Below the pieces are notes generated by a model that was not told where the DNA came from, did not search any database, and was given only the letters and a program-made list of their open reading frames with translations. Source: a virus (Duplodnaviria; Caudoviricetes). From it: DNA of 64,000 nt. Shown here piece by piece: positions 47,365 through 55,399 of the stretch. The stretch spans positions 3,435 through 67,434 of IMG/VR virus record IMGVR_UViG_2918829582_000002; one strand, written 5' to 3'. The position numbers and the translations under genes are program-made. The number at the start of each line of letters is the position of its first letter. Positions within the stretch are counted from its first letter, which is position 1.

Positions 47365-48283
47365 TGTTGGCCTCCCTTGCTTCCCGTTCTCGAGCCGCTT
47401 CGATCAGCGGCGCAAATGCGTTGAAATTCGTTTGGGTCTTATCGGCCTGATTTGCTTCAGCGGCCGTTACCTGTCTTCGTCTAACCCATTCGGTCCTAAG
47501 CTTCTCTGCGTCCCTTACCATCGCCGCCACCGAGTGGCACATCTGCACGTAGTACCGGTTGTTGTGCGACAGGTACCAAGCCGCTACTGCAGGTGCCTCT
47601 TCCTGCCCAAGCCGTTTTACAAAGTTCGCCATCTGTCCATTCACCGTCGCGTTCCGCACTGGCTCCGCTCCGTATCGCCCGTGATAGGCGGTTGCGTATG
47701 CTCTCCAAGTCTCACTCGTTGGTACGGCCGGCTTTTCAGCACGTGACTTTTTCGGAGCAGCATCCGGCAGAGCCGGGTGCAAACGTCTTTCTTCAGGGAT
47801 CGGTGAATCAGAGAATCCGGAATCAGGAATCAGTGAATCAGTGAATCGGTGAATCAGAGAATCAGGAGGATTTCCACCGTCTTGCTCCTGTGAGTTCACC
47901 GTTACTTCACCGTGAACATCTGGAGTCCTTACTGGTAAAGGCTCAGCGAGGTCCGCTTCGTCTTCACCGGCCAACTCCGAAGCTTTTTCCGTGTGATGCG
48001 GAGACTGATGCTTCTTGAAGTTGTGGATGGAAATGATCGCCATTCCTTTCACCGAGTACCTCTTCACAAAACCTAACCGTGCCAGTTTCGTGAGTTCACC
48101 GTTAACGTCTGCGTCGTAGTACGGGAATATCTCGGCCTTGATCAATCTCGGCTTGTCTTCCAGGCGTCCTTCTTTATCGGCGAGGCACCACAAGCCAGCG
48201 AACAGCAGTTGAGCCATGGGCCCGAGGTCCGCCAGTTCATAGTTCTTGAAGAACCCCGGTTTGATGTTTCTCGCTCTAGCCAC
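47357..48283 (-). CDS. Replication initiator (O-like)
   Basis: MARARNIKPGFF N-terminus; internal repeat cluster. Confidence 0.85.
   Translation of the reverse strand: MARARNIKPGFFKNYELADLGPMAQLLFAGLWCLADKEGRLEDKPRLIKAEIFPYYDADVNGELTKLARLGFVKRYSVKGMAIISIHNFKKHQSPHHTEKASELAGEDEADLAEPLPVRTPDVHGEVTVNSQEQDGGNPPDSLIHRFTDSLIPDSGFSDSPIPEERRLHPALPDAAPKKSRAEKPAVPTSETWRAYATAYHGRYGAEPVRNATVNGQMANFVKRLGQEEAPAVAAWYLSHNNRYYVQMCHSVAAMVRDAEKLRTEWVRRRQVTAAEANQADKTQTNFNAFAPLIEAAREREAREANNA
47797..47866. repeat. Iteron-like GAATC(A/G)G tandem repeats (putative origin)
   Basis: About nine 7-8 bp units inside the O-like gene, where lambdoid origins are located. Confidence 0.65.
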
Positions 48284-48312
48284 GTATTACTCCGTCCACA
48301 CCCGATCGTTGT

Positions 48313-48402
48313 TCATCCAATCACCCCAAGCAATTCACCAACGGTCCACGCAATCACGACGCAGATCCAGACCGTCGAGCAAAACAAAATGAACGCTTTC
48401 AT
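48313..48402 (-). CDS. Putative 29 aa membrane peptide
   Basis: GGAGG RBS; MKAFILFCSTVWICVVIAWTVGELLGVIG. Confidence 0.45.
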   Translation of the reverse strand: MKAFILFCSTVWICVVIAWTVGELLGVIG

Positions 48403-48539
48403 TCCACCTCCTGGCGGGACCGGTTAGTCGGTATTGCTACCTTCGTATCTACAGACTGAAAAATTGACCGGTACATGGCGCTAAAAAAACGGCTTTCGCC
48501 GCGGTTGTCGATTTGCTTCATGTCCGGTCTCTTCATCTG

Positions 48540-48713
48540 CTATGCGTCCGAAGTCGGTTCAGGTTTTTCCGTCGCTACGATGTGCAATGCCTGCGTCAGC
48601 TTTGGATCGCGTCCCGCCTGCATTGCCACCATTTGTTGAACGTCTCCAGCCCCCTTTGCTACTGCGTCTGCGAATGCTGCTCTGCAGATCTCTCTTGCGT
48701 CCTCATACTTCAT
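48540..48713 (-). CDS. Hypothetical protein
   Basis: Start MKYEDAR (48713); ATGA overlap with the upstream gene. Confidence 0.55.
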   Translation of the reverse strand: MKYEDAREICRAAFADAVAKGAGDVQQMVAMQAGRDPKLTQALHIVATEKPEPTSDA

Positions 48714-49081
48714 GCCACCTTCTTGCCCATCTGGGCCTGCCACTCTTCCATCAGGTTCAAGTCAACCTTTCGGACGAGGTATTGAGTGATTGCCCGATTG
48801 CCGACAGCCGCCTCGAATGCTGCGATCTTGTCTGCCGGTAACGAGCGCCGGCGTTGCCCTTTCGGATTGACTTCATCGCTGCTGAGGTAATCCGAAAGAT
48901 GCTGGGGAAGCAACTCGCAGACTTCTGCGAGGCGAGCTTTCGTCATGCCCTTGATGCGGCGATTGCTCCACGCCAGCAGAACGGCATCACGAAAACTGGC
49001 GCACGCCGCAATCTCACTGGTGGGCAGAAAGCCCGAACCGTTGACTGCGCCGCCCATCATCTGAAGTTCTTCGCTGTTCAT
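48710..49081 (-). CDS. CII-like regulator
   Basis: Directly after cro; HTH-like KARLAEVCELLPQHLSDYL; GNRAITQYL motif. Confidence 0.65.
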   Translation of the reverse strand: MNSEELQMMGGAVNGSGFLPTSEIAACASFRDAVLLAWSNRRIKGMTKARLAEVCELLPQHLSDYLSSDEVNPKGQRRRSLPADKIAAFEAAVGNRAITQYLVRKVDLNLMEEWQAQMGKKVA

Positions 49082-49185
49082 AGTTGAAATTCAAATCGCT
49101 AACCTGTTGCGTAACCTGTCAGCGGTGGTGCCCAATAAAGGGGCGGCCTAGGCCACCCCCTAACTAAGAAAAATCAATGAATCGT

Positions 49186-49536
49186 CTAAACTACCGCTCG
49201 AGCCCTTGCTTCCTTGGTCTTGCGAACCGTGCCGCCCGGATTGTTCTGGGCGTCATCGGAGGACGCGGACCGAGCGGCGATACTCTCGTCATCCGCGATC
49301 GACTGGGCGGAGTCGCGGATGTACGCCCAGTCGATGTCCGGACCAAGTTGCTCTACCCGGACGCGTCGACCAGTGGCGCGCTCAATTTCGATACACTTGT
49401 TCGGCGGAACAGGCCGCTCACCGTTGCACCATTGCTGAACGGTGGGCGGCTTGACACCAACGGCGCGTGCCAGCGCGGATTTGCTGCCGAGTATTTCGCA
49501 TGCCATGAGGACGGCTTGTTGAGTGGTCGTGTTCAT
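49186..49536 (-). CDS. cro: Cro/YdaS-like repressor
   Basis: HTH SKSALARAVGVKPPTVQQW; divergent from cI. Confidence 0.85.
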   Translation of the reverse strand: MNTTTQQAVLMACEILGSKSALARAVGVKPPTVQQWCNGERPVPPNKCIEIERATGRRVRVEQLGPDIDWAYIRDSAQSIADDESIAARSASSDDAQNNPGGTVRKTKEARARAVV

Positions 49537-49544
49537 GAAAACTG

Positions 49545-49619
49545 ATTCTAGGCAAAGCCTAGTAAATGGTCAAGGCATTGCCGAAAATTTGTCTCTCCCG
49601 TATATACAGGCAATGCCTA
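49545..49619. promoter_or_regulatory. OR region: three operators and divergent promoters pR and pRM
   Basis: TAGGCAAAGCCTA (49549-61), AAGGCATTGCCGA (49572-84), CAGGCAATGCCTA (49607-19); pR TTGACC-17-TAGAAT (minus); pRM TTGCCG-17-TATATA (plus). Confidence 0.8.
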
Positions 49620-50521
49620 AAACCCCTGAACACATCGGCGATCGATTGCGCCGAGAAATGGACGCGCGCGGAATGACCCCGACCGAGGTGGCGGCGGCTT
49701 TCGACGTGAAAAATCCGTCCGTTTATGACTGGATGAAGTTCGGCCGCATCGCCAAGAAACACATACCGAAACTGGTTGAGGTTTTCGGACACTCTGCGAA
49801 CTGGTGGATAACCGGCGAAGAAGAGCCAATTCATGCCGCTGTTCCCGCAATGGGTGCCGGCGGGTTGGCTGATAGGATCAAGTCTGTTCTTGATGACGCT
49901 GGCGGGAACCTTAGTAAGGTAGCGGCAGCGGCTGGCACGACCGAGGAAATCGTCGCCGGGTGGCTGTCAGGAAAAACGACACAGATCGGTGTAGACCAGG
50001 CTGTTGCCCTCCAGGAGGCGTTCGGCATCAACTCTGTATGGTTGATGCTGGGTAAGGGCTCCCGAACCACAGCGATTCGCTACAACGACGAATATGAACC
50101 AATCCCCGTCACAGGCTGGCGGGGCATACCGGTGGTAGGCATGGCACAGCTAGGCGACAACGGATTCTGGGCCGACATCGAGTATCCGGTCGGCCATGGG
50201 GATGGTTTTGTCGATGTTCCCACGAAGGACAAAGACGCCTACGCCCTAAAGTGCAAAGGGGATAGCATGCGCCCCCGGATTAAGGACGGTGAATTCGTCG
50301 TAGTCGAGCCGAACCATCAGATTCAACCTGGTGACGAGGTCCTGGTAAAGGCAAAAGACGGCCGCGTTATGGTTAAGGAATTCCTGTACAACCGCGCAGG
50401 GCGGGTCCATCTGATCTCAGTCAACGAGAATCACCCGCCGATGGCGATTGCAGAAGGCGACATTGAAAAGATGCACTATGTAGGATGGATTGCGAAACCG
50501 TCCGCGTGGCGTCCAGACTGA
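49613..50521 (+). CDS. cI: CI-like repressor: two HTH domains plus S24 peptidase
   Basis: Two XRE HTH domains; GDSM (Ser) and MVKE (Lys) S24 catalytic motifs. Confidence 0.9.
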   Translation: MPKTPEHIGDRLRREMDARGMTPTEVAAAFDVKNPSVYDWMKFGRIAKKHIPKLVEVFGHSANWWITGEEEPIHAAVPAMGAGGLADRIKSVLDDAGGNLSKVAAAAGTTEEIVAGWLSGKTTQIGVDQAVALQEAFGINSVWLMLGKGSRTTAIRYNDEYEPIPVTGWRGIPVVGMAQLGDNGFWADIEYPVGHGDGFVDVPTKDKDAYALKCKGDSMRPRIKDGEFVVVEPNHQIQPGDEVLVKAKDGRVMVKEFLYNRAGRVHLISVNENHPPMAIAEGDIEKMHYVGWIAKPSAWRPD

Positions 50522-50606
50522 CCGACGAAACCATACCGCTAGAAACCACAAATACGGGGTAGTCGATGGCAGTCGCTCTGGCTGCCCATCTTTGGAGTGC
50601 TCACCG

Positions 50607-50629
50607 ACCCGGCCCCGCGCCGGGTTTTT
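50607..50629 (+). terminator. Terminator after cI
   Basis: ACCCGGC-N5-GCCGGGT then TTTT. Confidence 0.75.
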
Positions 50630-50829
50630 CATTTCTGCCTCTGCTCGAACCCCTCCCGCCACAACGTAGCCCCGACCGACGTTAGCGGCGCCAGGTCATC
50701 TCCCTCGAATTTCCCCCAGTTGTCCGCAAGCCAGCCCGCGAAGCCGGCGCATGCGAGGTCAATCGGCACGTCAGCTCGGCCTTCGGCGTTCAGCCGTTCG
50801 AAGATGGTGATTACATCGTCTGGCGTCAT
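50629..50829 (-). CDS. Hypothetical protein in the immunity region
   Basis: 66 aa MTPDDVITIFERL..., convergent with cI. Confidence 0.55.
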   Translation of the reverse strand: MTPDDVITIFERLNAEGRADVPIDLACAGFAGWLADNWGKFEGDDLAPLTSVGATLWREGFEQRQK

Positions 50830-50905
50830 GGCTGCCCCTCCCGTAATTCCCAAAGTCTAGTCGAGCCACGCAATCCGAGCCTCGAAGCACGCTTTAAAAA
50901 TAATC

Positions 50906-50945
50906 TAGGCAATGCCTTGACACACGCCTAGGCGTTGCCTATGAT
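50906..50945 (+). promoter_or_regulatory. pL promoter with two OL operators
   Basis: TTGACA-17-TATGAT; TAGGCAATGCCTT (50906-18) and TAGGCGTTGCCTA (50929-41). Confidence 0.85.
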
Positions 50946-50984
50946 TCTCTCCATACCAGCAGTAACCACCAACCGGAGAGCGAG

Positions 50985-51287
50985 ATGAGCAAGGGTGTAG
51001 CGGCCGCAGTCAGAAGCATAAGCAACGGCGACGACGCCATGTGCCAACCGGAAGTGCATCGTTGGTTCGATAACGTCGAGCGCTCTGTTGAACAATTGCG
51101 CGACAACATGAAGCGCATGAACGAACGTCTGTATCACGTGCTTGAAAGCACGCCGGCCGACGATGGCGAAAAGTGTTTGCGGCCATCGCACTCGACCCCG
51201 ATGGTCGAGCGCCTTTCCCTGATTTCTGAAAGTGTCGACGCGCTCAACGCCATGACCCTTGACATCATCAACCGAATCCAGATCTGA
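50985..51287 (+). CDS. Hypothetical coiled-coil protein, first gene of the pL operon
   Basis: GGAG RBS; 100 aa. Confidence 0.7.
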   Translation: MSKGVAAAVRSISNGDDAMCQPEVHRWFDNVERSVEQLRDNMKRMNERLYHVLESTPADDGEKCLRPSHSTPMVERLSLISESVDALNAMTLDIINRIQI

Positions 51288-51330
51288 CTTTGGTCAACCC
51301 CGCCGCAGCTCACCGCGGCAATCGACGTAA

Positions 51331-51457
51331 CTGTTTTGATGGGATGGGTAAGCGCGCAGTGATGATGCGCAGCGAGTGGCAGCGCGGTCGATTCGATTCC
51401 GTCACTCTAGGCGGGCCGCAAGCCGGGATCATCTCCGGCCCCATCCCACCAAAGCAG
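51331..51457 (+). ncRNA. tRNA-like cloverleaf ending ACCA inside a longer closing stem
   Basis: GGGATGGG (51341-48) pairs with CCCATCCC (51440-47), followed by ACCA; internal hairpins GCGCA/TGCGC, GAGTGGC/GTCACTC, GCCGG/CCGGC. Confidence 0.5.
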
Positions 51458-51515
51458 TAGCAGTAGAAGCACATCAGCAAAGCGCAACGGCGCGACGATC
51501 CGGTGACAGCGGAAC

Positions 51516-51528
51516 GGCTCTTTAAAAA
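51516..51528 (+). promoter_or_regulatory. boxA-like antitermination element
   Basis: GGCTCTTTAAAAA resembles the boxA consensus (C/T)GCTCTTTAACA. Confidence 0.55.
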
Positions 51529-51691
51529 ACAGGATTGCGGACGAGTACCGAAAGGGAATTCCCGCACGGCGCATGTCGCGTCGTTAGTCGAGATGGTACA
51601 TCCGAGCCAGGCTGAGGTTTAGCTGCCGGGACTTGCACCGCTACTCGATACAGACAGCCAGACCGGCCAATAGATGCACGGTCGGTCTGGA

Positions 51692-51837
51692 TGCAGTTTT
51701 CACGAAAGAGCGTCCGCTCCCGTCAAAGTAATCCGGCGTAAGCGCTGCTGGCCCGAGGGATCTTAGCCCCGGTTCTTACGGCAGATGACACCAGTAGGAA
51801 GCTCCCTGATAGCGAGCGCTCTCCCGTGAACACTGCA
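51692..51837 (+). ncRNA. Structured RNA element with long closing stem
   Basis: TGCAGTTTTCACG pairs with CGTGAACACTGCA (one mismatch), continued by AAAGAGCG/CGCTCTCC. Confidence 0.45.
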
Positions 51838-51968
51838 TACCCCCGTGAGAGCGGACTATGACCCCTTGCACCTGGCTGCCGGCGCATGGGCGAGTCGATG
51901 ACAGCCTACACCCGCGAGCTTTGGCCGGCTGGATAGCGGGGAAGTGGTGATAGCAAAACCGGCCCCTC

Positions 51969-52054
51969 AGCAGTTTTGAGGCGTGGCGATTGACGTGAAG
52001 TCCATGCGCGAATCGGGAACGTCGCCCCGACAGCCGCCACGCCTGAACACTGTT
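51969..52054 (+). ncRNA. Structured RNA element with long closing stem
   Basis: CAGTTTTGAGGCGTGGCG pairs with CGCCACGCCTGAACACTG; same CAGTTTT...TGAACACTG ends as the element at 51692. Confidence 0.45.
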
Positions 52055-52143
52055 TCAAGTCCCCTAGCATCTACCCGTTCAATGAGCCGGTAGCGGCTAA
52101 CTGACTTTCACCTTTAGTACAACTTAGCTCAATGGAGCGAATC

Positions 52144-52368
52144 ATGAGCGAGATCAAAGACGGTGGGCCGGCGTTTCCGCAGCAGTGCGATCACCCGATG
52201 GCATTTGTAGGGCTTTCGCTGCGTGACTACTTCGCGGCTAAGGCGATGCAAGGCTTGGTAGCTGCGAGCGGAGACGGTGCGACCAACGTCAGCTACGACG
52301 ACGAATCAGTCGCAAAAAGCGCATACGAACTCGCCGACGCCATGCTCCGCGCCAGAGAGAAATCATGA
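52144..52368 (+). CDS. Hypothetical phage protein
   Basis: DGGPAFP...SLRDYFAAKAMQG...AYELADAMLRAR family motif. Confidence 0.75.
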   Translation: MSEIKDGGPAFPQQCDHPMAFVGLSLRDYFAAKAMQGLVAASGDGATNVSYDDESVAKSAYELADAMLRAREKS

Positions 52369-52484
52369 ACCGCCTCCACAACATGATCCTCCTGCACGTC
52401 AACGCCTTTGACGAATACACCTGGTGGAGCGGTCGATGGGTATATCGCCGAACGGTTGATTTCCGACACGTCACGCTGCAGTGA
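52365..52484 (+). CDS. Putative 39 aa peptide
   Basis: ATGA overlap with the upstream gene. Confidence 0.4.
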   Translation: MNRLHNMILLHVNAFDEYTWWSGRWVYRRTVDFRHVTLQ

Positions 52485-52533
52485 CCCACATACAAGTCAC
52501 AAAGCCCCTTCGTGACTCAGATACGGATCAAAC

Positions 52534-52674
52534 ATGAACATTTATCAATGGATCGCGGTCATCGGGGCGGCTGATCTGGCTGTCACGCTGGTCTTCGTGC
52601 TGTTCTTCCGTGGCGCCGATGAGCGACGCGACGAACCGCCACAACCAATTCTCCAACCGGAGACGCAGCAATGA
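52534..52674 (+). CDS. Putative 46 aa membrane peptide
   Basis: MNIYQWIAVIGAADLAVTLVFVLFFRG... Confidence 0.5.
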   Translation: MNIYQWIAVIGAADLAVTLVFVLFFRGADERRDEPPQPILQPETQQ

Positions 52675-52799
52675 GCGAAGCAACCGAACAATGGCTCGAA
52701 ATCTCCCTCGCATGGGTCGACGAGCAGTTGGCTGAGATTGAGGCGAGGGATGAGGAGGCATACGCGAGGTTTCTCGATCGTTTGTTGCCTGCCGACTGA
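52671..52799 (+). CDS. Putative 42 aa acidic peptide
   Basis: MSEATEQWLEISLAWVDEQLAEIEARDEEAY...; ATGA overlap. Confidence 0.5.
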   Translation: MSEATEQWLEISLAWVDEQLAEIEARDEEAYARFLDRLLPAD

Positions 52800-52817
52800 T
52801 TCAGGTTAAGCGACGGC

Positions 52818-53062
52818 CGCTCTTAGCTTCTATACGCCGCAGCCCGTGGGAAGCGGGCAAGAATCGAATGCGCCCGAAGTCGCGACCGAAAGGCCGGAAC
52901 TGAGGGGTAGACCGCCGCATCTCCCAGGCGGGCAGTCGGGTGGAAGCCCCGGCGCCCTGAGTGGTGACGACTTAGCGCCGATTACGCAAGCCGATGCTCC
53001 GTCGATAACAGGAGCTACCCGGCCGGGATCGGGACTGCGCGGGGAGTCGTCACCACTGAGGG
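52818..53062 (+). ncRNA. Structured leader of the GIY-YIG gene
   Basis: CGCTCTTA boxA, several hairpins, and an 18-bp stem CCCTGAGTGGTGACGACT/AGTCGTCACCACTGAGGG (one mismatch). Confidence 0.45.
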
Positions 53063-53092
53063 TCATACACGAAACGATCCTAAGGACTACAT

Positions 53093-53725
53093 ATGAGAAG
53101 AATTTCAGAAGCGGAGAAATCGCTGAAGGCAGCGCTAGCAGGAAAGAGCGGCGTATATCTCATGAGATCCCCGAGCGGCGATTGTTATGTGGGCGGAACC
53201 GGCAACCTTTGGCGACGGTATATCCAACATAAAGGGGAGCTGAAGCGGCGCGAACACGGGTCAAAAAGTCTTCAGATGGAAGTCGATTTGCATGGCTTCG
53301 AATCAATCTCGTTCGAAGTACTTTTATTCTGCGCCAAGACGGATCTGCTTCTTTATGAGCAGCGAGCCATTGATGCCCTCAATCCGAAGCACAACTCAGA
53401 CCCAACAGCAGGAAGCCGCTTCGGGTCGGTTGCATCCGATTCAGCAAGAAAAAAGATGTCGGCGGCGAAGAAAGGTAAGCCGAGTCCAAAGAGAACTGAA
53501 GAGGGTCGAGCGAGGCTGGCTGCTGCCGCGAAAGCGCGATGGGCCGATCCAGAATTCCGCGCCAAGGCCCAAGCTGCCATGAAAGGGAAGACCAAATCTG
53601 CGGAGCATCGCGCCAAGTTGTCCGCCGCCAACATCGGCAAGACGCTATCTGCCGAACATCGGGAAAAGATCGGCGCATCGAATCGCACCACTAACGCCTT
53701 ATTGAAAGAACGGAGGGAGGGTTGA
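53093..53725 (+). CDS. GIY-YIG homing endonuclease with NUMOD3 repeats
   Basis: SGVY...CYVG...RRYIQH...EQ.AID..N; repeats SDSARKKMS.AKKG and SAEHRAKLS. Confidence 0.88.
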   Translation: MRRISEAEKSLKAALAGKSGVYLMRSPSGDCYVGGTGNLWRRYIQHKGELKRREHGSKSLQMEVDLHGFESISFEVLLFCAKTDLLLYEQRAIDALNPKHNSDPTAGSRFGSVASDSARKKMSAAKKGKPSPKRTEEGRARLAAAAKARWADPEFRAKAQAAMKGKTKSAEHRAKLSAANIGKTLSAEHREKIGASNRTTNALLKERREG

Positions 53726-53726
53726 T

Positions 53727-53912
53727 ATGGGTAAACACTTCAACTCCCAGGCTTACCGCGAATGGGAGCGCCAGCAAGACCGCAAGCAGGACGACTACTT
53801 TGAGGCGGAATGCCCGCTGACTGAATCGGAGTTGGCAGAAATCGCTTCCGACAAGCACTTCGAGCGGGTCGATTATCCGCGCACTGATCGGCAGTGGGGA
53901 GGAATGGCGTGA
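53727..53912 (+). CDS. Hypothetical protein
   Basis: 61 aa with GGAGG RBS. Confidence 0.6.
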   Translation: MGKHFNSQAYREWERQQDRKQDDYFEAECPLTESELAEIASDKHFERVDYPRTDRQWGGMA

Positions 53913-54193
53913 GCGAGGTCAAGGTATATCCGCCGCCGAAGATGGTCGAGCGCAAGTGCAAGTGTTGCTGCAAGTCGTTTCAGGCGCGCGCCGCTGACGT
54001 CAAGCGCGGCTGGGGTCTGTTCTGTTCGAAGTCGTGCAAGGCGATCAAGCAGGAACAGAAAACGCACCAGCATCGCGATTACACGCGCGGATACTGGGAC
54101 CGTCAGGAGGCTTTTGAAAAAGGCCATGTCGAGCCGACATTCTCAAACGCCCACCAGTTCAGTAACGAAGAACACGACTGCAACAAGGATTGA
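53909..54193 (+). CDS. Zinc-finger protein
   Basis: CKCCCKSF...FCSKSC. Confidence 0.65.
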   Translation: MSEVKVYPPPKMVERKCKCCCKSFQARAADVKRGWGLFCSKSCKAIKQEQKTHQHRDYTRGYWDRQEAFEKGHVEPTFSNAHQFSNEEHDCNKD

Positions 54194-54196
54194 TCC

Positions 54197-54370
54197 ATGA
54201 GCGCCACCTATGAAGTGCACGACGGCTGCACAACGCTGATCTCCGACGCCGGCCGCGACAAATGCGAGGCCGAGCAGCGCCACGCCCGAGCAGAAATCCT
54301 CATGTGGACGACCGTAGCGTCGATTGTGACTATAGCTGGGCTTGTGCTTGACCGATTGATGGGAGCCTGA
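54197..54370 (+). CDS. Putative 57 aa protein with C-terminal TM segment
   Basis: MSATYEVHDG...ILMWTTVASIVTIAGLVL. Confidence 0.5.
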   Translation: MSATYEVHDGCTTLISDAGRDKCEAEQRHARAEILMWTTVASIVTIAGLVLDRLMGA

Positions 54371-54372
54371 CC

Positions 54373-55002
54373 ATGTTTTCCAGAGACATTCAGCCATCGA
54401 GACCAGAGTATCGAAACGCCGTGCACACCGTGAAAAAAGCGTGCGGACTATGTGGCCAAGATTACTCCCCGACAGAACCACAGCTCAAAAAGCGTTGGTG
54501 GATCTGCGCACATTGCCGCCGGGAAAAAGACCGGAATCGTAGGCTGATAAAGCCAAGAACAAGGACGAAGCCGTCGCATGGATTGGCGCGCTCTCCAGAG
54601 CATCAGGTTTGGCTTGCGATGATACAGCGTTGCCACAACCCAAAAAACAAAAGTTTCAATAGATACGGGGCGCGCGGGATCTACGTAGCAGACGGCTGGC
54701 GCCAATCCTTCGTTTGCTTTCTGTTCGATATGGGGCCGAAAAAGCCAGGGATGACTCTTGAGCGGATCCGCAACGAAGGTCCATACGCCCCGGGTAATTG
54801 TAGATGGGCGACTCCAAAGGAGCAGGCGTCCAATACCCGGCGCAATAGGATTGTCACGGCATTCGGGATTTGCGCACCGTTATCCGCATGGGTACTCGAG
54901 ACGACATCAAACGAATACCACATGATCAAAAAGCGAATGGATCGCGGGTGGCCGGCAGAAAGCGCGCTGACGGGCGAAGAAATAACCATAGCATGGGGTT
55001 GA
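54373..55002 (+). CDS. HNH homing endonuclease
   Basis: HGL...VWLAMIQRCHN...YGARGI...TLERIRNEGPYAPGNCRWATPKEQASN. Confidence 0.85.
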   Translation: MFSRDIQPSRPEYRNAVHTVKKACGLCGQDYSPTEPQLKKRWWICAHCRREKDRNRRLIKPRTRTKPSHGLARSPEHQVWLAMIQRCHNPKNKSFNRYGARGIYVADGWRQSFVCFLFDMGPKKPGMTLERIRNEGPYAPGNCRWATPKEQASNTRRNRIVTAFGICAPLSAWVLETTSNEYHMIKKRMDRGWPAESALTGEEITIAWG

Positions 55003-55004
55003 GT

Positions 55005-55199
55005 ATGTTTTCAAAAGACATAAAGGATTATCAATATCGGGCCCCTCGCTCCTTGCAATCATCGAGGTTCGGCCCCTATGCAGAGTTCAGCGTCGAGCGC
55101 CGCAGCGAGGCGAAGTCGTGGATGTGGGCGATCGGCTGCGGCGTGGCTATCGGCTGCGTCTGGTGGATCTGCGTGGCGCTTCGGGCGGGTGCGGCATGA
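55005..55199 (+). CDS. Small protein with C-terminal TM segment
   Basis: MFSKDIKDYQYRAPRSL...WMWAIGCGVAIGCVWW. Confidence 0.6.
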   Translation: MFSKDIKDYQYRAPRSLQSSRFGPYAEFSVERRSEAKSWMWAIGCGVAIGCVWWICVALRAGAA

Positions 55200-55399
55200 A
55201 AACGCTCGCCGGCAAGCGCTGGTTTTACTCGCTGGGGCAGCGATCAATGTACATCGGATACACGGGTATCTGGCCCCAGCCAACCTGGCCAACATGGGCG
55301 CGTCTCTCGTTTTTTCAGGGCCAAGACCATGCGCGCTGGTCAAAGGCCCGGCAGACCGTCAAGACATGGCCTGTCAGCAAATTAGCGGAGGCGGCATGA
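55196..55399 (+). CDS. Hypothetical protein
   Basis: ATGA overlaps on both sides. Confidence 0.55.
   Translation: MKTLAGKRWFYSLGQRSMYIGYTGIWPQPTWPTWARLSFFQGQDHARWSKARQTVKTWPVSKLAEAA

Noticed and set aside
47797-47866. GAATCAG repeats as a CRISPR array or VNTR
   Set aside because: Units are 7-8 bp with no spacers, inside the initiator gene; better explained as iterons. No CRISPR array or cas gene seen in the window.
51391-52869. 9-nt complementarity between the cloverleaf loop (ATTCGATTC) and GAATCGAAT at 52861
   Set aside because: A 9-mer match is expected about 0.5 times by chance in 64 kb on two strands; not significant without conservation data.
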